Positions 34,663-42,845 of a stretch of DNA of 47,379 nucleotides are shown piece by piece; position 1 is the stretch's first letter, and each line of letters starts with the position of its first letter. The notes below the pieces were generated by a model. That model was not told the DNA's origin. It saw only the letters and a program-made list of their open reading frames with translations, and searched no databases. The position numbers were made by a program, and so were the translations under genes. Source of the stretch: Fidelibacterota bacterium (GTDB lineage Bacteria; Fidelibacterota; Marinisomatia; Marinisomatales; TCS55); contig JBJKZU010000089.1 of the NCBI GenBank assembly GCA_045569095.1, forward strand, positions 1 through 47,379, given 5' to 3'.

Positions 34663-34678
34663 ATTACGTTAACGTAAT
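34663..34678. promoter_or_regulatory. perfect 16-bp palindrome ATTACGTTAACGTAAT, candidate operator for a dimeric regulator
   Basis: Exact reverse-complement symmetry. It lies 148 nt upstream of the atuA-like ATG and 25 nt downstream of the SDR stop. No flanking T-tract, so it is not a terminator. Confidence 0.35.
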
Positions 34679-34702
34679 ATAAAAATGCAAGTTCTGGTTA
34701 TG

Positions 34703-35452
34703 TTATTTTTTATTAGGATAAAATGCGCGAACCAACGCATTTGGAAGTATACGAAAAATTGGAACAATAAATTTCCATTGCCAGGGTAATATTAATTTCC
34801 CTTTTTCAGCTTGTATGGCTTCAGCTATTATTATTGCAGCTTTATCAGAATCCATTAGGAACGCCATTTTGAATTCATGCTTAGCCGTCATTTCTGTAGC
34901 AATCCAGCCGGGAAAAATTGTGGTAATGGTTATATTATTTTTTGAAAGATTATGGTCCCAACTTTCTGCTAAATAACGTAATGCCGCCTTACTGGAAGAG
35001 TAACCTCCATGATCGGGCAAACCACGAAAGCTAGCAATGGAACTAATAATTCCAATTTTCCCAGATTTTTGTTTTTCCATAGCAGGTATAAATGGGACCA
35101 CAATATTGGTTACGCCAAGGATATTTATCTTTAGAATTTCATTTATAGCAGATGCATCCCCACTAATAATATTATCCTCGCCGCCGATTCCCGCATTAGC
35201 AATAACTATATCTATGCCACCAGTTTTTGAAATGAACTCTTGTGCGGCTGTTTTACATTTCTTTTGATCTGAGACATCCAGGTGATAAATGATTGGATTA
35301 CCACCCAGTTCTTTACATTTTCTAGCTACGGATTCTAGTTGGGTCAATCTCCTGGCAGCAATTCCAATGGTGGCCTGTCTTTGTGCATAATAATACGCTA
35401 GTGATTCCCCTATTCCGCTGCTGGCACCAGAAATAAAAATTTTCATAGGCAT
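34703..35452 (-). CDS. classical short-chain dehydrogenase/reductase
   Basis: SGASSGIG cofactor motif, NAG motif and catalytic YSSSK. 249 aa. Confidence 0.85.
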   Translation of the reverse strand: MPMKIFISGASSGIGESLAYYYAQRQATIGIAARRLTQLESVARKCKELGGNPIIYHLDVSDQKKCKTAAQEFISKTGGIDIVIANAGIGGEDNIISGDASAINEILKINILGVTNIVVPFIPAMEKQKSGKIGIISSIASFRGLPDHGGYSSSKAALRYLAESWDHNLSKNNITITTIFPGWIATEMTAKHEFKMAFLMDSDKAAIIIAEAIQAEKGKLILPWQWKFIVPIFRILPNALVRAFYPNKK

Positions 35453-35459
35453 AATTAAT

Positions 35460-36584
35460 CTAGATTTTAATGAATATTTTTTTTCGATAAAGCCAAAATA
35501 GAATCAACCACCAACCGAGTACATGGGTTAACGCAAATAGGAATGAGCCATTTATATCACCTGCAAATGGCTGAAAAACGGTCTTATAAAGATAACTGTA
35601 ACCTGAAATAATATCTCCATTATAATCAAATTTGACCTTTAAAATAGTTTTAACCCATAGGCCAGAGCCAATAAAGACAAAAATAGAATTGGTCCCAAAA
35701 ATCATGAATGGCCAAGACAATTTTTTATATCCACGAATATCAATCAACCATATGAAGGCAGCTAAAAAAAAGGATGCAAGTCCACCAGTATATAAGACAT
35801 AGGTGCTTGTCCAAAGTTGTTTGTTTATGGGAAAGATGAATCCCCAGAGCCATCCGACTGCAGCAATTCCAGCACCGCGGATCATTATACTTTGTACAAG
35901 GCTTATTTGGTTCGGATTTTCTTGTATAAGTTGCCCAATACTAAAGCCAATCAAAACTGTAACAATCGCAGGAATGGTGCTTAATAATCCTTCCGGATCA
36001 AATGGAATTCCAGTGCCTCGCCAGAGGTGATTTTCCCCTAGAATGGCAATGTCAATTGTACGGGCGATATTTGAACTGAGACCGAATGGATCGCTACCAC
36101 CAAAGAGTAATAGTATCAACCAGTATCCTATCAGGATAATACCGCAAGATATCCATAATTTCTTTTCACTTAGGTATAAACTGAGTATTGCAGCCAATCC
36201 ATAAGCCAAACCTATTCGTTGTAGAACTCCCATAATCCTTAAGCTGGTCCAATCCCAGTCCTGGCGTATAAAAGGGTATGTATTCAAAAGTAAACCAAAT
36301 GAGAAAATAGTGACTGTTCGCCAAAATATCTTTTTCAATAGGCCACTAGAAGGTTGGTAATTGTGCCGGGCAAAGGAAAAGCGCATTGCAACACCTACAA
36401 TAAAGAGAAAAAATGGAAAGACAAGATCTGTAGGTGTGCAGCCGTGCCAATCGGCGTGACGCAGAGGACCATAAACATAAGACCAGCTACCAGGGGTGTT
36501 AACAATGATCATGAAGGCAATGGTAAGCCCACGAAAGGCATCAAGAGCAAGTAACCTGTCTGATTTATTTTTCATCTGCCCCAA
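35460..36584 (-). CDS. HGSNAT-like transmembrane acyltransferase (DUF5009/DUF1624 family)
   Basis: N-terminal signature RLLALDAFRGLTIAFMIIVNTPGSW...LRHADWHGCTPTDLVFPFFLFIVG. About 10 TM helices. TTG start at 36584, or ATG at 36575. Confidence 0.7.
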   Translation of the reverse strand: MGQMKNKSDRLLALDAFRGLTIAFMIIVNTPGSWSYVYGPLRHADWHGCTPTDLVFPFFLFIVGVAMRFSFARHNYQPSSGLLKKIFWRTVTIFSFGLLLNTYPFIRQDWDWTSLRIMGVLQRIGLAYGLAAILSLYLSEKKLWISCGIILIGYWLILLLFGGSDPFGLSSNIARTIDIAILGENHLWRGTGIPFDPEGLLSTIPAIVTVLIGFSIGQLIQENPNQISLVQSIMIRGAGIAAVGWLWGFIFPINKQLWTSTYVLYTGGLASFFLAAFIWLIDIRGYKKLSWPFMIFGTNSIFVFIGSGLWVKTILKVKFDYNGDIISGYSYLYKTVFQPFAGDINGSFLFALTHVLGWWLILFWLYRKKIFIKI

Positions 36585-36594
36585 GAATTACCGA

Positions 36595-37788
36595 TTAATC
36601 ATGAATGTTATGTGTCGCTGCTATTCCGGCGCCCAATACTGGAGCGTGGTCTAATTGTGAGGTCATTATCAAATTTTGATTAATATTATTCCCATCTAGG
36701 TAATGATCTTTTGCCTCAAATGTTAATGAATCAGATCGTTCTATATTGTTATAAAGATTTTTTTTGAACGGATTCCATAGTAAGCCTGATTCGCGCGTTT
36801 TATCCAGCAATTTACCAAGACGTTGTCCAATTATAATCCGGTCTAATAATGTTTTTTGATATGGGTGATTGACTTCCAGATTACCATGATCAGGATCCAG
36901 GAATTCAAACCGGTTTTGCCAGCCACTGTAAATTGTTTCTAACCGTTCAAAAATTAATTTAGCCATAAAAGTACTTACATCAGCAAAAGTTAATAAAGCT
37001 GCTTCTTCATTATCTAAGGCTCTAGAGAAAATGATATCGCCATAAACTGAATCCTGTTGAAGTTTTCTCAATGGTATTTTTGCGTAATTACTATAGAGAG
37101 ATTGAATACCGCCTACCGATGCATAGGTCTCCAGAGAAATATTTTGATCATTTTTTATTTCCCAGGTTTTAGCAATCCATGATTTTGCGTCATCAAAAGG
37201 GATGAGGTTACCATTTAGCTTTAATCCATCTGCAGTACCAGTTCCACCACCTAAATAGTAGGCATTTTGTACATCCTTGAACATACCGCCATCACCGTAT
37301 TCTTCGCCAATTCCACAATAATCTGCATCACTACCCAGTTGCCTTATGGGATATTTCAGTTCAATATTTGCATCCTGAAGTAACTGCTCAAGATGAGCGC
37401 AAAATTTTGGCATTCTTGGCCCATTAGCCATGGCACCAATTCCACGTTTGTCAGGTGTCTTTAATCCAACCATACCAATGCCAATTAATACCGGACTACT
37501 GATATTTAAATCCAATATTACATCTCGAAATGAATTAATGATTGATTTTCCTTGTGCTATTTCTGCACTTGTAGGCTTGATTTTATTGGCCTTTAACTCG
37601 CGCAATTGTATGCTCATATTAATAGGTGAAAAACCAAAATCAAAATCAGGGTTTTCAAGGTAGTATCGATTTGAATAAGATTTATTAAGGCAGAATATAT
37701 CTTGCTGTTTTTCAATAATTCCTGCTGTTACTTTAGAACCCCCACCATCAACACCAATAATCACAGGCCACTTATTATAAAAATTCAT
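36595..37788 (-). CDS. BadF/BadG/BcrA/BcrD-type ATPase, N-acetylhexosamine (GlcNAc/MurNAc) kinase-like
   Basis: N-terminal phosphate-1 motif IIGVDGGGSKVTAG and a later YLGGGTGTADG motif. Context is amino-sugar genes. Confidence 0.6.
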   Translation of the reverse strand: MNFYNKWPVIIGVDGGGSKVTAGIIEKQQDIFCLNKSYSNRYYLENPDFDFGFSPINMSIQLRELKANKIKPTSAEIAQGKSIINSFRDVILDLNISSPVLIGIGMVGLKTPDKRGIGAMANGPRMPKFCAHLEQLLQDANIELKYPIRQLGSDADYCGIGEEYGDGGMFKDVQNAYYLGGGTGTADGLKLNGNLIPFDDAKSWIAKTWEIKNDQNISLETYASVGGIQSLYSNYAKIPLRKLQQDSVYGDIIFSRALDNEEAALLTFADVSTFMAKLIFERLETIYSGWQNRFEFLDPDHGNLEVNHPYQKTLLDRIIIGQRLGKLLDKTRESGLLWNPFKKNLYNNIERSDSLTFEAKDHYLDGNNINQNLIMTSQLDHAPVLGAGIAATHNIHD

Positions 37789-37916
37789 TTCATTTCTTCA
37801 TTCTATAAAAAGGATATTTGTTATTCGTCAAAGTAATCTATTTTTAGTCAAGAAGGTATACAAGGATTGATTTGGTTATAGATTGGTTGATCCATAGCGA
37901 TTAATTTCACGGCTTC

Positions 37917-40838
37917 ATGAAGCGTATTCGATTATCATCTTCCAAACATATCATTCACATCTTTTTGGCTACATTGCTAATGGTCATGGGTTGTCAAGGA
38001 TTCTTCACAAAACAAGAAAAACAGACAAAAGAACCATGGGAATTGCTTTCCCTGGAACAAAAAGTTGCCCAGATGATCATGTTTAGATTAAAAGGGGATT
38101 TAAATGATTTAGAGTCTAAACAGCGTGAAAAATTTCAACGCTGGATTAAAGAAGTAGGTGTTGGTGGTGTTGTCGTTTATGGCGGTGGGCTGAAAGAAAC
38201 ATTTGACCGAATTCAGACTGCTCAGAATTGGGCGGATACGCCATTATTTGTTGCTGCTGATTATGAACGAGGATTGGGACAGTGGTATGATGGTGCTACT
38301 CTTTTTCCCACGAATATGGCAGTAGCAGCAACTGGTAGAAATGTATTGGCATACGAACAGGGAAGAATTACTGCTATTGAAGCAAAAGCCTTTGGGGTAA
38401 ACATGATATTTGCACCTGTAGTTGATGTAAATAATAATCCTGATAATCCCATCATAAATTTTCGATCTTATGGTGATGACTCCCGACTAGTAAGTATATT
38501 TGGTAATTCATTTATTAGAGGAGTACAGGGACAAGGGATATATGCCTGTGTTAAACATTTTCCGGGGCATGGAAATACGGGAACGGATAGTCATACCAGA
38601 CTACCGATTATACCAGTAAGTAAAAAAGATTTTTCCAATATAGAATTACCGCCATTCAAGTCTACAGTTAAGCATGGTGTAAAAATGGTAATGACCGGAC
38701 ATGTGGTTGTACCAAGCATAGACCGTTCAAAAACACCAGCGACCATTTCACCCGTAATCACCAATGAATTATTAAGAAAACGATTGGGCTTTGAAGGCTT
38801 AATTGTTACGGATGCTATGGAAATGGGCGGTTTAAAAGATATTGATCCTGGTGAAGCTTGTGTGCGCGCTGTAGAAGCTGGTGCGGATCTTATTCTGTTA
38901 CCACATGATGTGGATACAACAATGAAGGCTATTATAAATGCGGTTGAAAATGAACGGATTACAGAAGAAAGGATCGATGAATCCGTGAAGCGTATCTGGT
39001 ATGCAAAGAAAGAATTAGGTCTTTTTAAGGATAGCGGTAAGAGGGAATGGAAAGTAGCAGAGGATGTAATTGGTAATTCAGGACATAAGAAAATTGCGGC
39101 AAGCATAGCCCAATTATCTATCACTGCTGTCAAGGACGAGAATAATCTATTGCAACATATATCCGATTTTAAACGGATTGCCCATGTCGTACTTACAATA
39201 GACGAGAATTCTCAAAAGTATTTACAGCCAATCAAGGCGAGGATTGATGCTAGTTATCCTGACCGAAAAGAAATTATCATTACTGAAAAGTTAAATAAAA
39301 AACAAATTGATGAAACTGCTGATAATCTCAAAGACGTTGACCTGGCAATTGTATCTATTTTGGTTAGAATTAGAATGGATAAAGGAATTGCAACAATTGA
39401 TCGCAGCCATGCCAGATTATTGAAAAAATTATCTAAAATTAAACTGCCCTATGTAGCAGTTAGTTTTGGCAGTCCCTACTTACCAGATTACGATTATATT
39501 GATACCTACCTTGCTGCATATGGCTATGGTAGTGTTTTAGTTGAAGCTGCCGCAAATGCATTGCTTACAGATGTGTCTATAACTGGTCGTTTACCAGTAG
39601 AATTAGATCGAAAGTTAACCAGGGGAACTCAAGTACTTGTACATCGGCAAGATCCGCTTAAAGATGATTTTGATTTTACCAATGCCTGGTCAATTCTTGA
39701 CAGCGCAATAGATGCAAAAGTTTTTCCTGGAGCGCAAGTGTACATTTCACGGTATGGTAGTACACTTTTTTCAAAGGGTTTTGGTTACCACTCCTATGAT
39801 AAATCAAGGAAAGTCTCACCAGAAACTATTTATGATCTTGCATCGGTGACGAAAGTGGTATCTGCAACACCTATTGTAATGAAATTGATCGATGATAAAC
39901 AGCTTTCCCTTGATCAGCCAATCAGTGATTTTTTTCCTGGCTTCAATAAAGGTAGCAAAGATTCAATTACTATCAGTCATTTATTATTGCATGAGTCAGG
40001 ACTCAGTGCCTATCATCGTTATTTTCTGGAAACCAAGTATAAAAATAGGGGCGATGTTGTTGACAATATAATTAATAGAAGACTTACCTATGAGCCAGGA
40101 ACTGAATACAAGTACAGTGATCTGGGCATGATATTGTTGGGAACAATTTTAGAAAAAATAGGTGGCAATAGCTTGCATGCCCTTGGAACACACTGGTTTT
40201 ATAAACCATTGGGTATGAATAATACATTTTATAATCCACCTGCCTCTTATAAATATAATATTCCACCAACAGAAAGAACGGTAATGCCGGTTGGTACCAG
40301 TAAAAATTCTTTAAAGAAAATAATTGCTGTATTTGTTGCAGAAATGTTTGGACCTTTGAAAGCATTATCATTTAATCTTTTCCCAAAAAAACCTGCTCAC
40401 GGTTACGTGCATGATGAAAACGCAAATCTGATCGGGGGTGTTTCTGCCCACGCAGGACTTTTCTCTAATGCAGAGGACCTTGGGAAATATGGAAAAATGT
40501 TGTTGAACCATGGCCTAGTAGAAGACAAAAAAATACTGGACCGTGAATTAATCAATCTTTTTACAACAAGACAAAGCACAGTGGATGAAGCGAATAGAGG
40601 TTACGGCTGGGATCGTCCTGATCGGGATGGGACTAGCAGTGCCGGGGACTATTTTTCAGATAAAGCTTTTGGGCATTTGGGCTACACAGGTACATCATTC
40701 TGGATTGACCCGGAGCAGCAATTGATTATTGTATTATTGACCAATAGAGTTCACCCAACTCGCGAAAAACCAGGTATAAAACAGGTACGTAGAAGGTTTC
40801 ACAATACCATTGTGAAATCAATTCTTAATTTCAATTGA
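37917..40838 (+). CDS. exported lipoprotein: GH3 beta-N-acetylhexosaminidase (NagZ-like) fused to a beta-lactamase-fold serine hydrolase domain
   Basis: Lipobox-like VMGC. GH3 motifs KHFPGHGNTGTDSH and LIVTDAMEMGG. C-terminal domain has SVTK (SxxK), YSD and GHLGYTGT (HxG). Confidence 0.85.
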   Translation: MKRIRLSSSKHIIHIFLATLLMVMGCQGFFTKQEKQTKEPWELLSLEQKVAQMIMFRLKGDLNDLESKQREKFQRWIKEVGVGGVVVYGGGLKETFDRIQTAQNWADTPLFVAADYERGLGQWYDGATLFPTNMAVAATGRNVLAYEQGRITAIEAKAFGVNMIFAPVVDVNNNPDNPIINFRSYGDDSRLVSIFGNSFIRGVQGQGIYACVKHFPGHGNTGTDSHTRLPIIPVSKKDFSNIELPPFKSTVKHGVKMVMTGHVVVPSIDRSKTPATISPVITNELLRKRLGFEGLIVTDAMEMGGLKDIDPGEACVRAVEAGADLILLPHDVDTTMKAIINAVENERITEERIDESVKRIWYAKKELGLFKDSGKREWKVAEDVIGNSGHKKIAASIAQLSITAVKDENNLLQHISDFKRIAHVVLTIDENSQKYLQPIKARIDASYPDRKEIIITEKLNKKQIDETADNLKDVDLAIVSILVRIRMDKGIATIDRSHARLLKKLSKIKLPYVAVSFGSPYLPDYDYIDTYLAAYGYGSVLVEAAANALLTDVSITGRLPVELDRKLTRGTQVLVHRQDPLKDDFDFTNAWSILDSAIDAKVFPGAQVYISRYGSTLFSKGFGYHSYDKSRKVSPETIYDLASVTKVVSATPIVMKLIDDKQLSLDQPISDFFPGFNKGSKDSITISHLLLHESGLSAYHRYFLETKYKNRGDVVDNIINRRLTYEPGTEYKYSDLGMILLGTILEKIGGNSLHALGTHWFYKPLGMNNTFYNPPASYKYNIPPTERTVMPVGTSKNSLKKIIAVFVAEMFGPLKALSFNLFPKKPAHGYVHDENANLIGGVSAHAGLFSNAEDLGKYGKMLLNHGLVEDKKILDRELINLFTTRQSTVDEANRGYGWDRPDRDGTSSAGDYFSDKAFGHLGYTGTSFWIDPEQQLIIVLLTNRVHPTREKPGIKQVRRRFHNTIVKSILNFN

Positions 40839-40845
40839 TATTTTG

Positions 40846-42687
40846 TTACTTTAAAAAGAGTAATCGCTTAGAACTCTTAACCTTGCCACCTATTTTTAGA
40901 TAAATTAAGTATACTCCAGAGGCCTGGTGATTCCCCACATCACTCTTACCATACCAATTTATTGTATGATTACCAGGTAGCAAAGGCTGATCAATAAGTG
41001 TCGCAATAATATTACCTCTTATATCCGTTATTGATAAGTTAACGTGACTGTAACCTGGAATTGCAAATGGAATAGTTGTCATCCCATTGAATGGGTTCGG
41101 GTAATTCTGTGAAATTTCATATTTATCTGGCATTGGTCCTGATGATGTATAAACTCGGTTAGATGGTTCCGATTCATTCCAGAATCTATCTGTCTGGGTT
41201 GCAAAATACTGGTAGACTAAACCAGTATCTGATAAATAATCCGTAAATGTTATTTCTTCAGATTTATATTGAATCGAAATTATGTTACCAATGTCTGGTG
41301 TTGCCATAGGGTCCAATGAGCGATATATAATAATCCACCCTGATTCATTTGTTGAAGAGGGATAAACTCTAAGTTCCATAGTCACCGAATCCACTGCATT
41401 AATAGCCAATAATGGTTTATTTGGTCTAATACTAAAATTGTTTGGCGTAGGATGGACTTTAGTTTTATCCTGAAAAAAGGATTGCCCAGCGGTATTAAAA
41501 TAATTGTTTTCATCCCAGAATCGGTAACTGAAGAATTGAAAACCCTTTGTCCAGTTAATACTACGTATGTTTGCAACGATATCGGGATGTCTGTACCAAA
41601 CATTGTTTTCATCCAATATATAGGATCCTGGACCCACCGTAAATGATCTTCCAGATTCTAATCCAGGTTCAACATAAATTCGCCAGCATTGGGGACAGTC
41701 ATCTTCTAGCATACCAGTAAATCCAGAAGCCGTTGTCCAATGATAGCTCATTGGCATTATGTGATCGATACTGCCCTCATTATACCATTTGGCACCATCT
41801 TGATAAACAGTGCCATAGCCTTGCCACCCCGACCAGTTATATTTTCCTAGTACCGCTGCCGAAAGTCGAACGTGTGGTTTAACCGATTGAATAGAATCAT
41901 GAAGTGTTTCTACAAATGTGGTGACGCACCAGCGCCACCACATTTCCCAAGAATCAAAACTATCGGGTATTCCACTTGAAAAAGGGTGGTTGTAATCATA
42001 CAAGTATCTTCCAGACAGATTGTTATTAAGGTTTTGAAGCTCTTGATTACTAATCATGCCATCTTTTCTTTGTAATTCCATAATTGGTTCTGCAATCTGT
42101 CTTGCTGTATTTGTATGTTCATTCCAACGAATGTAATCAAGGTGTAATCCATCAATATCGTAATTCCTTACAATTTCCATAGCCACATCAATAGTATAAT
42201 TTCTTACTTCCTCAAGACCAGGTGATACAGAACGATATGAAGTCATTGGAATACCGTTTTTGTCCCGGCAGATCCATTCAGGATGCCTTGCGGCTGGTGT
42301 CCCAGGGTATGTACTGGAAGTTTGGAAAACATTGAACCAGGCATGTAATTCGAGACCACGCTTATGAGCCTCTTCAATAGCATATTCTAATGGATCATAA
42401 CCAGGATACTGATACCCAGCATAATAACCCCAAGGTTCATAAGAAGATTGATAATACGCTGTTCCACTTTGTCGTACTTGAAAGATTACGGCATTCATGT
42501 TTGCAGCTTTGTGGTCTTCCATTATTTTGCGAATTTTTTCCATATTTTGACCTGGATTTTTATTTTGATTAATATGTTCCCAGGTAATGACCCATGTCGC
42601 ACGAAATTCATTATTAGCTTGTTCTGCAAGCATAATTGATACAATAGATGATTGCAAAATGAAAAAAATTATGGTTATTCGATTCAT
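40846..42687 (-). CDS. GHL10 (DUF187, YngK-like TIM-barrel glycoside-hydrolase-like) protein with a T9SS C-terminal sorting domain
   Basis: Signal peptide and family signature FRATWV...NAVIFQVRQSGTAYYQSSYEPWGYY...GYDPLEYAIEEAHKRGLELHAWFNVF. A CTD is present at the C-terminus. Confidence 0.8.
   Translation of the reverse strand: MNRITIIFFILQSSIVSIMLAEQANNEFRATWVITWEHINQNKNPGQNMEKIRKIMEDHKAANMNAVIFQVRQSGTAYYQSSYEPWGYYAGYQYPGYDPLEYAIEEAHKRGLELHAWFNVFQTSSTYPGTPAARHPEWICRDKNGIPMTSYRSVSPGLEEVRNYTIDVAMEIVRNYDIDGLHLDYIRWNEHTNTARQIAEPIMELQRKDGMISNQELQNLNNNLSGRYLYDYNHPFSSGIPDSFDSWEMWWRWCVTTFVETLHDSIQSVKPHVRLSAAVLGKYNWSGWQGYGTVYQDGAKWYNEGSIDHIMPMSYHWTTASGFTGMLEDDCPQCWRIYVEPGLESGRSFTVGPGSYILDENNVWYRHPDIVANIRSINWTKGFQFFSYRFWDENNYFNTAGQSFFQDKTKVHPTPNNFSIRPNKPLLAINAVDSVTMELRVYPSSTNESGWIIIYRSLDPMATPDIGNIISIQYKSEEITFTDYLSDTGLVYQYFATQTDRFWNESEPSNRVYTSSGPMPDKYEISQNYPNPFNGMTTIPFAIPGYSHVNLSITDIRGNIIATLIDQPLLPGNHTINWYGKSDVGNHQASGVYLIYLKIGGKVKSSKRLLFLK
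40849..41115 (-). other. T9SS type-A C-terminal sorting domain (Por_Secre_tail-like, last ~89 aa)
   Basis: SQNYPNPFNGMTTIPFAIP...VNLSITDIRGNIIATL...PGNHTINWYG...ASGVYLIYLKIGG...RLLFLK. Confidence 0.75.
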
Positions 42688-42845
42688 TATATTTTACTAG
42701 CAAATAAACTAATGACTACATGCATCTCATTATTAGCAAGGTTAAGAATAAAAATATCAATATTTTTACTGAAATTTGTATTATCAAAATGGTGAATTTA
42801 GATACCAAATAAATTATCTCAGGATTATAAAGTCCTTTACTTAAA

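Noticed and set aside
34663-34678. The 16-bp palindrome as a transcription terminator for the upstream SDR gene.
   Set aside because: As a hairpin it gives only 6 AT-rich base pairs around a TTAA loop, and no U-tract follows on the minus strand. An operator is the more plausible reading, though still unproven.
38591-39133. 180-aa minus-strand ORF inside the NagZ fusion gene.
   Set aside because: It is antisense to strongly motif-supported GH3 coding sequence and has no recognisable motifs. Shadow ORF.
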